Positions 28,735 through 37,531 of a stretch of DNA of 64,000 nucleotides are shown here, one piece after another. Where the stretch lies: IMG/VR virus record IMGVR_UViG_3300012147_000007, positions 1 through 64,000 of that record. One strand, given 5' to 3'. The stretch is from an uncultured virus (IMG/VR IMGVR_UViG_3300012147_000007). Taxonomy: Duplodnaviria; Heunggongvirae; Uroviricota; Caudoviricetes. Positions within the stretch are counted from its first letter, which is position 1. Each line of letters starts with the position of its first letter. The notes under the pieces were generated by a model. It saw nothing but the letters and a program-made list of their open reading frames with translations, was not told the origin of the DNA and did not search any database. A program made the translations under genes and the position numbers.

Positions 28735-29201
28735 CTTCTTATTCCTTTTTTGTATAATTTATAACTATTCTCTACATATAGATAATCGTAGTTGTCAAGG
28801 CACCTATAAAGATTCGTTCTCAGAATATTTATATCATACTTGAAGTGTTCTTCGATTCCTCTGGTTATGTCATCAATTATAACAAAATAATCAACATCAT
28901 TATCGTCAATCCAGTGCTGAATTTCATCAGCTCTTCCATTGTCAAGTTCTGGTGTTAACCCGATTACTTCAGCTTCAATTCCTCTTTTTTTGAATAGGTC
29001 TTGAAATACTTCTAAGCTTCTCGTTTTTCTCCAGGTTGATGAAACTACAATCTTACCATCAATGTGATTGGTTATTTTATTTAATGCATCAATTGCTGCA
29101 GGTTCAAAAAGGTGACCATCAACATCTCTATTTTCTGTTGAGTTTCCCATCTTTAACCAAGAAGCCAACACTCCGTCTATATCTAAAAATACTATATTCA
29201 T
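28731..29201 (-). CDS. HAD phosphatase (Swiss-Army-knife RNA repair-like)
   Basis: FLDIDGVL, IVVSSTWR, R.DEI..W, FVIIDD. Confidence 0.85.
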   Translation of the reverse strand: MNIVFLDIDGVLASWLKMGNSTENRDVDGHLFEPAAIDALNKITNHIDGKIVVSSTWRKTRSLEVFQDLFKKRGIEAEVIGLTPELDNGRADEIQHWIDDNDVDYFVIIDDITRGIEEHFKYDINILRTNLYRCLDNYDYLYVENSYKLYKKGIRR

Positions 29202-29242
29202 TATACGCAAATATAATTAAAATGTTCTTTTCGTGAAAGGGT

Positions 29243-30169
29243 TTATTGATTTTTATTATCCAACCTGGATGCTGGCCTTTTAATATCCCAATGCTTTGGC
29301 ATATATTTAGGCTTCATTGTGTCAATGAAATGTTTTCTCCACATTTCTACAAATGCCTGAATTGAATCTGGGCCTTCAAGTATTAATTTCTCAACAACAA
29401 TCTCTCCATGAGATTTCATCTTCTTAGCTTCATCGTAACTAATTTCAATTAAGTTATCAATTACTTTTTGAGTTACATTTTTCCTTCCAGTGTAGATTCT
29501 AATCTTTTCTTTATGGTCATCTAATTTATCTTTAGGGATTTGGTCTCCATGATTTTTAATTGCATGCGCAGATTTTATAGCATAAAATAATTCATGATTT
29601 ATAGTTGAGCTACCTTCAAGAGGAGCATTGTATTTCTTTGCTAATTTTATCTTTAGCTTATCAGCAACTCTCTCGTACTCATAATGCTCATTACTTCTTA
29701 TCGGAACTATGTCATGAGAATTAGCGCTCTTATATTCTTCTGGAAAATACTTTCTGTAGCAATATGGAGAAATGTGATGTGTTGTCAATGACTCAAGAAT
29801 TTTACTTCCAGTTACAACACACCTATTTTTCTTTTTAGATAAAGAATACTTATCTCCCTTATTCCCTTCATCTTTAGGTTCAAAGTTAAATTGTATCTTT
29901 CTACTTTTCATTTTAACTGAAAAAATAGTAAACAAGAAATTTAAAATAGGATTTATATGCTTTATCTCGAAAGCTAAAGGTTTCTTGGTTTTTTCATCAA
30001 CACGACTAAGGTACCAGTCAATTTTTTTATCAACACAGAGAAACATTAAATTACCATCTGGAGAATAAACTCTACAATTTACATAGATTTCATTCTTTCT
30101 CGAATTACCATTATACTTAAGAAAGTTTTGAGCTTTAGAGTCGTAGGATGTTGTTTTGGATTTTCTCAT
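29243..30169 (-). CDS. HNH-like protein resembling EXD2 C-terminal domain
   Basis: YVNC...PDG....C..KK..WYL; HHISPYCYRKYFP..KS.NSHDIV; WRKHF..MKPKY. Confidence 0.7.
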   Translation of the reverse strand: MRKSKTTSYDSKAQNFLKYNGNSRKNEIYVNCRVYSPDGNLMFLCVDKKIDWYLSRVDEKTKKPLAFEIKHINPILNFLFTIFSVKMKSRKIQFNFEPKDEGNKGDKYSLSKKKNRCVVTGSKILESLTTHHISPYCYRKYFPEEYKSANSHDIVPIRSNEHYEYERVADKLKIKLAKKYNAPLEGSSTINHELFYAIKSAHAIKNHGDQIPKDKLDDHKEKIRIYTGRKNVTQKVIDNLIEISYDEAKKMKSHGEIVVEKLILEGPDSIQAFVEMWRKHFIDTMKPKYMPKHWDIKRPASRLDNKNQ

Positions 30170-30222
30170 ATGCAATTATACGACAAAAAAAACAATTATG
30201 TTCTAAAGTGTTGATAAAAAGT

Positions 30223-30837
30223 TTAAAAATCTTTTTCTTGTGGGAACTCGTGAGGGCCATCGCTAACGCTAATATTCAAGGAGTGTCCTCCAGTTTTTTC
30301 TTTAGGAAACTCTCTTGGTTGACCTGGTTTCAAACCATTGCCTCCAATTGACATATCAATTTCTTCAATATCATCTCTGTTAATACCACCTTCGTTTGCT
30401 GCGAGATAATCAGCAGTTCCTTGAAAGGTTTTAATTCCATATCTATTGTCAATTCCATGCTCTTTTATGAACCAACCTTTTGGAACTCTCATGGATGCTT
30501 CTGCAGCAAATCCTGGTATTGGATACCAATCTCCTTGAGTTTTGGAGCCCGTACCTTTCATAGAACTGTAAAACAATACAACCGTGCCGTCTGGGTATCC
30601 TACTTCAGCAAGAGCTCTTCCACTTCTTTCTCCAGTAGATAAAACTTGCAAACCTGCAATATTGTCTGAATAGTTATTATCAAGCTTTGCGCCTGTTGAT
30701 TTTAACTCAGCCAACTTATCATATATCTTTATAGGTGGAAAGTCGTAATTCTTGTCGTTAGTCGTGTGTCCTTCATTCATGACTACGAATATAGAACTTT
30801 TTTTTAACTCTTCTCTTATTATTTTTCTAATATCCAT
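30223..30837 (-). CDS. Probable virion protein (DIRKIIREE leader)
   Basis: N-terminal motif shared with neighbours. Confidence 0.7.
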   Translation of the reverse strand: MDIRKIIREELKKSSIFVVMNEGHTTNDKNYDFPPIKIYDKLAELKSTGAKLDNNYSDNIAGLQVLSTGERSGRALAEVGYPDGTVVLFYSSMKGTGSKTQGDWYPIPGFAAEASMRVPKGWFIKEHGIDNRYGIKTFQGTADYLAANEGGINRDDIEEIDMSIGGNGLKPGQPREFPKEKTGGHSLNISVSDGPHEFPQEKDF

Positions 30838-31841
30838 CATAACAACCAATCTGCATTAGGATTATAACTTATTAAGTCTCCGTTGAAGTACTTCTTAAGC
30901 ATCTCTTCGTGATTAACCTTAGGAATATCTGGCATTGCCATTTGTTGACCTTGCATTCTAATGTATTCTTCTCTTAATTTTTGGTAACTTGCGCTTCCTG
31001 GACCAATCCAAGACTTAGCTTCTTTGCACCAAAAAAGTTTATCATCAGCTATTCCAAAATGCTCAACCATGGTTCTATGACACTTGCTTTTAGTTTCAGA
31101 AAGGTCAACATGCTCCGCTATTCTAAAGTTTGTATTAAACAAAGTATTAAAACTCTTAAGTAAATCATTCACTCTTCTATAGGTGTGATTTTCCATATTA
31201 AAGCTCTCGCCTTCAAGAAGGACTGACTCTTGGTCTATTTGAATTTGGTTTCTATGATTTAACTTTATATCCTTTGGTTTCACTTCACAAAACAAATACA
31301 TCATAAGAGATGTGTGAACTGATTCATAAAACTGCTCCTTACCAGAAGGTTTTCCACTCCTATCAAGAAGTCTGTTTTTTTTGATTGCGTAACCCATTGT
31401 CTTCTTTTCAAGTTGGGTCATATTGTCTTGCATTGGATATGTGGTCCTACTCGCTCTCACTGGAAGTCTGTCAATATTATCAACTCCTATGTCATGAAGG
31501 GTTGCTGCTTTTCCGCCAACTCTAAATGAAGAATCTTCAGCTTGAGAGCTCTCAATCACGCTTTCACTCTTCGGGTCGTATGAATTGTAGGTATTTATAA
31601 TTGACTTAACATTCATTTCTGGAATGCCGAGAAACTTTGATGCACCTTTGATGTTTGACTCAGTAATAGACTTTGGGTCAACCTCACAAAGTTCTTGTAG
31701 GTAATATTTTTGATTTGTGTTAAAATCCCACTTTAAGTGGTTGAAAGTTGTAGGTACAGGAACTGAAGCATAACCCTTATAATAAGATTCGCTCAACACG
31801 GTCTTTTGAACCTCTTCCCTTATTAGCTTTCTTATATCCAT
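30837..31841 (-). CDS. Probable virion protein (DIRKLIREE leader)
   Basis: 334-aa ORF. Confidence 0.75.
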   Translation of the reverse strand: MDIRKLIREEVQKTVLSESYYKGYASVPVPTTFNHLKWDFNTNQKYYLQELCEVDPKSITESNIKGASKFLGIPEMNVKSIINTYNSYDPKSESVIESSQAEDSSFRVGGKAATLHDIGVDNIDRLPVRASRTTYPMQDNMTQLEKKTMGYAIKKNRLLDRSGKPSGKEQFYESVHTSLMMYLFCEVKPKDIKLNHRNQIQIDQESVLLEGESFNMENHTYRRVNDLLKSFNTLFNTNFRIAEHVDLSETKSKCHRTMVEHFGIADDKLFWCKEAKSWIGPGSASYQKLREEYIRMQGQQMAMPDIPKVNHEEMLKKYFNGDLISYNPNADWLL

Positions 31842-31843
31842 TA

Positions 31844-32455
31844 TTATTCACCAACACTTATTGTAAATAAGGTTCCAGTTGGAGTATCCATTGTTGGAGT
31901 ATCTACAATCTTTTCAGCAACCTCATTGATTCCTCCAAGAATATCTAAAAGAGACTGCTTAGCTCTTATGTCGCTTACATACTTTGCAGTACCCATTAAG
32001 TCCTGCTTAATTTCGTCATCAATTTCAGCAGCTTCGTAATCACCACTTTCAAAATCATCAAGACCTTTTCCTACTCTTATGTATTTTAGATTGTCGTTAA
32101 TGTAGTTTTCTATAACATCACCATCAAGTTCCCAATCGCCTAAATCAACATCAGGCATTCCGTCTTCATCATATCCATTAAAAGCCTCCTCTCTATCTGC
32201 ATATTCTGCATAATCATCATTATCTTCTAACTCAGTGTTGTAGACATAAAGTCTTCCTTTTTTATCTTTTACAATTGCAAAACCAGCATTACCTGCATAC
32301 CAGATTACTTCAAAGCTTATTTCGCTTGCAGTATTTCCCTTTCTTGTGTTGTCAGTTTGGTTCCATGGTGCAGATGAATCGTACTGAGCTCCTGCTGGAT
32401 AGTTCTCATTTAGAGCTTTCCTAATTTCTTGTTGTATAATTTTCTTAATATCCAT
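31844..32455 (-). CDS. Probable virion protein (DIKKIIQQE leader)
   Basis: LNE-NYPAGAQYDSSAPWN. Confidence 0.75.
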   Translation of the reverse strand: MDIKKIIQQEIRKALNENYPAGAQYDSSAPWNQTDNTRKGNTASEISFEVIWYAGNAGFAIVKDKKGRLYVYNTELEDNDDYAEYADREEAFNGYDEDGMPDVDLGDWELDGDVIENYINDNLKYIRVGKGLDDFESGDYEAAEIDDEIKQDLMGTAKYVSDIRAKQSLLDILGGINEVAEKIVDTPTMDTPTGTLFTISVGE

Positions 32456-32457
32456 GT

Positions 32458-32799
32458 TTAATCAATGTTAACTTCCCCAAGTCTTTTAGCCACTTCTGAC
32501 TTAACTTCTGGAGATGATGTTTTAAAATAACTTTGTACTGCTTCGTTTATGTGCTTCAATGCCTCGCTTAGATGTTTGTCAACTTCTGGGTTTGTTCCAG
32601 ACAAACCTAATTGCTCTTTAACTTTTTTCGATGAACCCTGAATATCTTGCATGAATGATAGACCAGCTGAAACTTGGGCCTCAAAAGCCTCATAGTCCTG
32701 ACGGTCATGATACTGCCTTTCTTCTGCAGCATAGTCATAATCCTCACTAATAAATTTAGCTATTTCTTCTGATACTATTTTTCTAAGATTTTTTTCCAT
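32458..32799 (-). CDS. Probable virion protein (LRKIVSEE leader)
   Basis: TATTTAT upstream. Confidence 0.7.
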   Translation of the reverse strand: MEKNLRKIVSEEIAKFISEDYDYAAEERQYHDRQDYEAFEAQVSAGLSFMQDIQGSSKKVKEQLGLSGTNPEVDKHLSEALKHINEAVQSYFKTSSPEVKSEVAKRLGEVNID

Positions 32800-32832
32800 A
32801 ATCAAGCTTTAATATAAATAGGATAAAAAATC

Positions 32833-33207
32833 CTATTTAGCATCATAAAGCTTGTTATCTTGCGCCAATACTCTGGCTACATTTTCTACTTTTTCTAAAG
32901 TATCCTTATACACGAAAGAGTCGTGCTTATATGGGTTATAGTATATTTCTCTAAACTTAGAAACATCCATTCTTTCGTCAAGACACCTATAAGAACAAGG
33001 CTCAACATAAGCGTGAACACCTTTTCTCTTGTCTCTAATAACTTTCTGCCTTCCAGCTTCATATATCTTGAAGTTGCAGTTTTCAAGCATCGCAACAGAG
33101 ACTCTATCGGTCACACGGTAGCCACGCCTCTCCTGGAGATACGATTGAATTGAGAAATTTCCCTTGTGTAGATTTCGATATACCCTAAACGGCTTTATCT
33201 TCTTCAT
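32833..33207 (-). CDS. Conserved phage hypothetical protein
   Basis: RVYRNLH..GRQKV...K.VHAY..YNPYK. Confidence 0.75.
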   Translation of the reverse strand: MKKIKPFRVYRNLHKGNFSIQSYLQERRGYRVTDRVSVAMLENCNFKIYEAGRQKVIRDKRKGVHAYVEPCSYRCLDERMDVSKFREIYYNPYKHDSFVYKDTLEKVENVARVLAQDNKLYDAK

Positions 33208-33261
33208 AATGCAAATGTATAGTTTTTAATTAAGGAAAATTACCTACTAAACCATGTTTTT

Positions 33262-33531
33262 TTACATATAAGGCTTGCTGATTATACAAGCCTCCTCCAC
33301 ACTCTTCTTTGCTTTTCCAACTTCTTTTGAAGCTTCGTTTAGAGCTTTGGCCAACCTATTTCGTCCACCCTTCGTATCTTCCATTGAGTCGAGGAATAGT
33401 TTTCCAGATAATCTATCTAATAAATGTTCTAAAGATTTATAATGAAGATTACTGATGTCATCAGCAAGCTCATTTATTGTGCCATCGTATTTCTCAACTT
33501 CTTTCTTGTGTTTTTGACATGTGTTTCTCAT
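33262..33531 (-). CDS. hypothetical protein
   Basis: 89-aa ORF. Confidence 0.7.
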   Translation of the reverse strand: MRNTCQKHKKEVEKYDGTINELADDISNLHYKSLEHLLDRLSGKLFLDSMEDTKGGRNRLAKALNEASKEVGKAKKSVEEACIISKPYM

Positions 33532-33588
33532 ATAATAATATAATAAAAAATATATTTATAATCAAGAACTTCTTTGCGCATATGGCGG

Positions 33589-34293
33589 TTAAGATTCTTT
33601 GATTTTATTAATTAAAATAATTAAATCTTCATCAGAATGTCTATTTTTCATATAGTTAACACCCAAAACAACCCATCTAACATTGTTTTTTATATAGCCT
33701 AATTTGTTATCAACCCTATCTAAAGAAGCTGTTTCATAAATCTTAGTATCACTTTCTCTATTAGGCAATTTAATAGATATACCTGTAATTCCACACAACC
33801 CATTCTGCTCATCAAATAGTACTTCTAAATATTTACTATCCAAATCACACTCATAACCTTTTTTCTTAGACCTTTGAATTACTCCTTGTAAATAACAAGA
33901 AAAAGGATTGAAGGCTAGGGCGCCAAAACACTTACTTGAACAGGTGTTTTTATCTTTAATGTCTTTTTTGCTTTTAAAGTATTCTTTACCACAAATATAA
34001 CATGATACAGGATGTATTCTATTAGATTTAATGTGATTAATAGTAATGTTTGGATAAATATTCTTTAAAGATTCGTATTTGTTTAAATGACTTTTATTTA
34101 TAGTATCACTATTTCTATACTCACCAACCTGCTTTAGCACTTTAAGTTTGTTTTCTAAATAATGCTTGTGCCTATATTTTTTATGACAAGACTTGCAAAT
34201 TGACGATAAGCCGCTTTTCTTGCTTTTGTTTTTAGAAAAATCATCTATAGTTCTTTTAACATTACATTTTGGACATTTCTTTATTTTACACAT
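33589..34293 (-). CDS. Homing-endonuclease-like protein
   Basis: CPKC..CKSC; QNGLCGITG..ASLDRVDNKLGY..NV. Confidence 0.8.
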   Translation of the reverse strand: MCKIKKCPKCNVKRTIDDFSKNKSKKSGLSSICKSCHKKYRHKHYLENKLKVLKQVGEYRNSDTINKSHLNKYESLKNIYPNITINHIKSNRIHPVSCYICGKEYFKSKKDIKDKNTCSSKCFGALAFNPFSCYLQGVIQRSKKKGYECDLDSKYLEVLFDEQNGLCGITGISIKLPNRESDTKIYETASLDRVDNKLGYIKNNVRWVVLGVNYMKNRHSDEDLIILINKIKES

Positions 34294-34328
34294 ATCTATA
34301 TTTTATAATAAATAGTGTTAAAATTTAA

Positions 34329-34377
34329 AAAGCCTCCAAACACGCTATGTGTTGATATAACGTGTTTGGAGGCTTTT
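34329..34377. terminator. Long inverted repeat after tRNA-Trp
   Basis: AAAAGCCTCCAAACACG...CGTGTTTGGAGGCTTTT. Confidence 0.75.
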
Positions 34378-34378
34378 G

Positions 34379-34456
34379 CGCAGATGTCAGGATTCGAACC
34401 CGAACAGAATTAACACGGGGTTGGAATCCGCTTAGCTCACCAATGCATGCACCTGC
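34379..34456 (-). tRNA. tRNA-Trp (CCA)
   Basis: GCGGA-TTCCAAC-CCCGT, G73. Confidence 0.8.
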
Positions 34457-34488
34457 GTATATTTTGTGACCGAGGGAGGACTCAAACA

Positions 34489-34986
34489 TTAATCAATTAT
34501 CCCTCCATGTATTTCTCTATGACAATTTGAACATACTAAAATGCATTTATCTAATTCTTTTTTTACAGAATCAGTTAATTTTAAAAGTTTAATTCCACCC
34601 AGTTGAAAATCTTTTTCTTTCGGGTCGAGATGATGAAATTCCAATGCTCCACAATATTTATCATATCCGCACTTTTCACAACACCCTCCTTTATATTTAA
34701 CTGCAATAATTTTAAACCCCCTTTGCCTTTCAACTGTTTGCTCGTTAGTACAAGGCTTGCAATATGATGATGCTCCAGCCTTTCCTTTTCTTTGATAAAA
34801 TTCTACCAACTTCTTTTCTTTGCTACATCTCGGACACACTCTTTCTGTTTTTTCTCTGCTCTTACTTTTTAATTCATACTTCTTAAGCCAATACCTAATT
34901 GTAGTCTGACTTAAATTAAATTCATAACCCATTTGTCTTGTGGTCATTTTTTTATCAACCGACTTTTTTAACAACTCTTTTTCCAT
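34489..34986 (-). CDS. HNH endonuclease
   Basis: ALEFHHLDP..KCILVCSNCH; paralog of 6316-6774. Confidence 0.9.
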   Translation of the reverse strand: MEKELLKKSVDKKMTTRQMGYEFNLSQTTIRYWLKKYELKSKSREKTERVCPRCSKEKKLVEFYQRKGKAGASSYCKPCTNEQTVERQRGFKIIAVKYKGGCCEKCGYDKYCGALEFHHLDPKEKDFQLGGIKLLKLTDSVKKELDKCILVCSNCHREIHGGIID

Positions 34987-35036
34987 ACTAATAAATATGA
35001 AAAAAAAATATTATTTCATTTTGAGCTATAACTCTG

Positions 35037-35110
35037 AGGCCTTAGCGAGATTCGAACTCGCAACCTTTTGTTTAGGAAACAAAAACTCTGTCCAGTTGAG
35101 CTACAAGGCC
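35037..35110 (-). tRNA. tRNA-Arg (CCT)
   Basis: TT-CCT-AA, A20. Confidence 0.88.
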
Positions 35111-35113
35111 AAG

Positions 35114-35197
35114 TGATGCAAGCAAGCCAGGTTCTGCTCCTGGTTCCGCCTAAGCGGTATGCTCTGATGAACGTTCTTTTACAACATTACTCACATC
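35114..35197 (-). ncRNA. Multi-arm small RNA with 11-bp closing stem
   Basis: GATGTGAGTAA/TTGCTTGCATC, CCGC-TTAG-GCGG, CCAGG-AGCAGAA-CCTGG. Confidence 0.55.
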
Positions 35198-35199
35198 TT

Positions 35200-35282
35200 T
35201 GGTACACCAGGCGGGATTCCAACCCACATTTTCAGCTGCAATTACGGATAGCAATTTAGAAAAATGCCTCGGCTACTGGTGC
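35200..35282 (-). ncRNA. D-armless tRNA-like RNA, anticodon TCT (Arg), encoded CCA
   Basis: GCACCAG-TA-GCCGAG-GCATT-TTTCTAA-ATTGC, 23-nt variable region, T arm, ACCA. Confidence 0.65.
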
Positions 35283-35304
35283 TTATTTTTATAACTTTAT
35301 TTTT

Positions 35305-35878
35305 CTAAATATCTTTTTTTCTTGCAGAATTTTTATTCTTTGATTTATATGTATCTAACTGTGAATCGCAATTAGGACAAATTAATCGTAAATTATTTCT
35401 TAAATTATTACCAGCATCTCCATCTATATGGTCTAAAATAAAAACAATTTCCTTATCATTCCAAGTATTGGAATTATTACATATATCACATCTATTTTCT
35501 TGTTCTTTTAATATGTGAGATTTAATAAAATGCATATTTCTAACATAACAAAAATCACTTTGATTATTTAAGTAATTTTCATAAAATTTATTCTTTTTAT
35601 ATTTTTTTTCACATATTTTACCACAAAACTTTTGATTATAATGAGTTGTTAATTTAAACTCTTCATTACAATTAAGACAGTTTACCTCTTTTTTTATTCC
35701 TTTATTATGTGGCACATGCTCAGAATTAAACTTCTTTCTTTTTCTCTAACACAATACCTAATTTAATAGCATTTCTCCTTATTGTTGTATCAGAAACTTT
35801 ATATTTTTTAGCCACTTCAGTATAAGATAATTTTTCAACTATAATTAACTGATATAATTCTTCTTTATTGTATTTCAT
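35305..35878 (-). CDS. HNH endonuclease (frameshift in A run near 35740)
   Basis: LDHIDGDAGNN..NLRLICPNC; HTH N-terminus in adjacent frame. Confidence 0.8.
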
Positions 35879-35975
35879 ATTATAATTTTATTATAAATAT
35901 AAATATTTTTAACAAACCGATTACTAATGATAAATTGTTTTACACCTATGCATAATCGACTTGCAAACATATATG

Positions 35976-36049
35976 TGACTCCGATAGGATTCGAACCTAT
36001 AACCGTCAGGGTAGAAACCTGATGCGCTATCCAGTTGCGCCACGGAGCC
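35976..36049 (-). tRNA. tRNA-Arg (TCT)
   Basis: TCAGG-TTTCTAC-CCTGA, A20. Confidence 0.92.
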
Positions 36050-36055
36050 ATTTTG

Positions 36056-36142
36056 CGGAAGTAATGGGGCTCGAACCCATGCACCCCTTGCGGGGCCTAA
36101 TAACTTTCCAAGCTATCCTCTTTACCATTTGAGTATACTTCC
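36056..36142 (-). tRNA. tRNA-Ser (GGA)
   Basis: TT-GGA-AA, long variable arm, G73. Confidence 0.9.
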
Positions 36143-36149
36143 ATTAATA

Positions 36150-36241
36150 TGGCGGAGAGAGAGAGATTCGAACTCTCGATACCAGTTTCCCAGTATAACA
36201 CCTTAGCAGGGTGCCGCCTTCAACCACTCGGCCACCTCTCC
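36150..36241 (-). tRNA. tRNA-Ser (GCT)
   Basis: CT-GCT-AA, long arm, CCA. Confidence 0.93.
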
Positions 36242-36250
36242 GTATTTTTG

Positions 36251-36323
36251 TGGATTCAGCAGGATTTGAACCTGCAACCAACCCCTTTGCAAGAGCCGCT
36301 CTATCCAGTTGAGCTATGAATCC
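36251..36323 (-). ncRNA. Arg-like tRNA body with GCAA-capped anticodon arm
   Basis: A20 D loop; 18-nt arm GGCTCTT-GCAA-AGGGGTT. Confidence 0.7.
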
Positions 36324-36345
36324 AAGGGAACCATGTCTTCCCTCT

Positions 36346-36433
36346 TGGCGGTAGATATGGGGTTCGAACCCATGTTCCCTTTCGGGGCTACCTGTTTAGC
36401 AAACAGGCCTCTTTACCATTTGAGTAACCTACC
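36346..36433 (-). tRNA. tRNA-Ser (GCT)
   Basis: CCTGT-TTGCTAA-ACAGG, long arm, CCA. Confidence 0.9.
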
Positions 36434-36438
36434 AGTTG

Positions 36439-36520
36439 CACGGGGGTGAGGATTCGAACCTCACTCATCTTAAGGGAGCGACCCCTCAGATTTCCAGTGT
36501 AGCTACACTTCAAACCCCGT
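36439..36520 (-). ncRNA. tRNA-like RNA without canonical D/anticodon arms
   Basis: ACGGGG/CCCCGT, GTGAGG-TTCGAAT-CCTCAC, two tetraloop arms. Confidence 0.6.
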
Positions 36521-36528
36521 GTATATTG

Positions 36529-36617
36529 CGGAGGCGGCAGGATTCGAACCTGCGGACCCCTTTCAGGGCCACTGCTTTTCAAGAGCAGCGCAATAAACCA
36601 GACTCTGCCACGCCTCC
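36529..36617 (-). tRNA. tRNA-Ser (TGA)
   Basis: CT-TGA-AA, long arm. Confidence 0.93.
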
Positions 36618-36622
36618 GTATT

Positions 36623-36790
36623 TCAATTTTCTTCTTTATAACGTTTTATAAAGAACTCTCTTAATTCTTCCTTCCTTTTAATTGATGCCTTGATTCTCGC
36701 CACCTTTTCTGGAGAAGGGTCTGTATCAACTGTAAATTTGATTCCATTTTTCTCACAATAATCTGTCATTTCTTCAAAACAATTTTCCAT
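36623..36790 (-). CDS. hypothetical protein
   Basis: MENCFEEM... small ORF between tRNAs. Confidence 0.55.
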   Translation of the reverse strand: MENCFEEMTDYCEKNGIKFTVDTDPSPEKVARIKASIKRKEELREFFIKRYKEEN

Positions 36791-36804
36791 CTTTCTATTT
36801 TTTG

Positions 36805-36892
36805 CGGAGGGAGAGGGGGTCAAACCCTCAAGGCCGTTAAGCTCGCTGGGGTTCAAAACCAGTGCAGTCGTCTACTTTCTGCTTGCCCCTCC
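36805..36892 (-). tRNA. tRNA-Ser (TGA)
   Basis: TT-TGA-AC, long arm. Confidence 0.85.
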
Positions 36893-36906
36893 GTATTTTT
36901 TGGCAC

Positions 36907-36941
36907 AAAAAAAACCCTAATTCAAAAAGAACCAGGGTTTC
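36907..36941 (-). terminator. Attenuator terminator of Ser/Arg/Trp leader
   Basis: AAACCCTGGTTC-TTTTT-GAATTAGGGTTT plus T run. Confidence 0.88.
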
Positions 36942-36963
36942 AAATATTTTTATAACAGTATCG

Positions 36964-37056
36964 TTACATAACATTTTGACATACCAGTGTTCTTTCCGTA
37001 GCTCTATTCGAACTCGAACTCCATCTGGACCATCTATTTGTTATTACTGTTTTCAT
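36964..37056 (-). CDS. Leader peptide (RWSRWSSSSNR block), putative attenuator
   Basis: MKTVITNRWSRWSSSSNRATERTLVCQNVM*. Confidence 0.88.
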   Translation of the reverse strand: MKTVITNRWSRWSSSSNRATERTLVCQNVM

Positions 37057-37258
37057 CTTATTTCTAAATATAGGAAAAAAAGTTTATTTCTTCTTTCCTC
37101 GTGTTTTATTTTTATTATCGTCTTTACCTTTTTCTTTTTTAAGTTGTTTCATCCAACCTTCTAAGGCTTCTAAATTTGCGTGTGTGCTATTTACTGACAT
37201 CTAATTGTTTTCTTCTACGCAAATCTATAACAAATGTTTCAATAAATCAAATCTTTTT

Positions 37259-37528
37259 TTATTTTTTTTCAATCGACCTCATAGTTCCAAACCACTCAGC
37301 CCTTGATACTACTATAAAAAACGTAGGATTGTCATCATAAAACTTTTTTATAATTTGACAAATTTCAAACTCTTCTTTATCTTGAAAATAGGAAATAGCC
37401 TCATCAACAATAAAAGTTGGAGTTAATTCATTCGCAATTCTTTTACTAATGTCTTTTGCAACACTTGCAACACAATTGTAGAATAATATATCTTCCTTTT
37501 TAATATTTGATTTGCCCCTGATTCTCAT
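37259..37528 (-). CDS. hypothetical protein
   Basis: 89-aa ORF. Confidence 0.7.
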   Translation of the reverse strand: MRIRGKSNIKKEDILFYNCVASVAKDISKRIANELTPTFIVDEAISYFQDKEEFEICQIIKKFYDDNPTFFIVVSRAEWFGTMRSIEKK

Positions 37529-37531
37529 GAG

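Noticed and set aside
10950..35745. Programmed frameshifts near 10955, 17700, 20890 and 35740
   Set aside because: All fall in short homopolymer runs without obvious stimulatory structure; sequencing error or decay is simpler
2655..37056. T-box riboswitches as the leader mechanism
   Set aside because: No TGGNACC T-box motif or Stem I seen; the leaders contain ORFs with multi-amino-acid codon blocks
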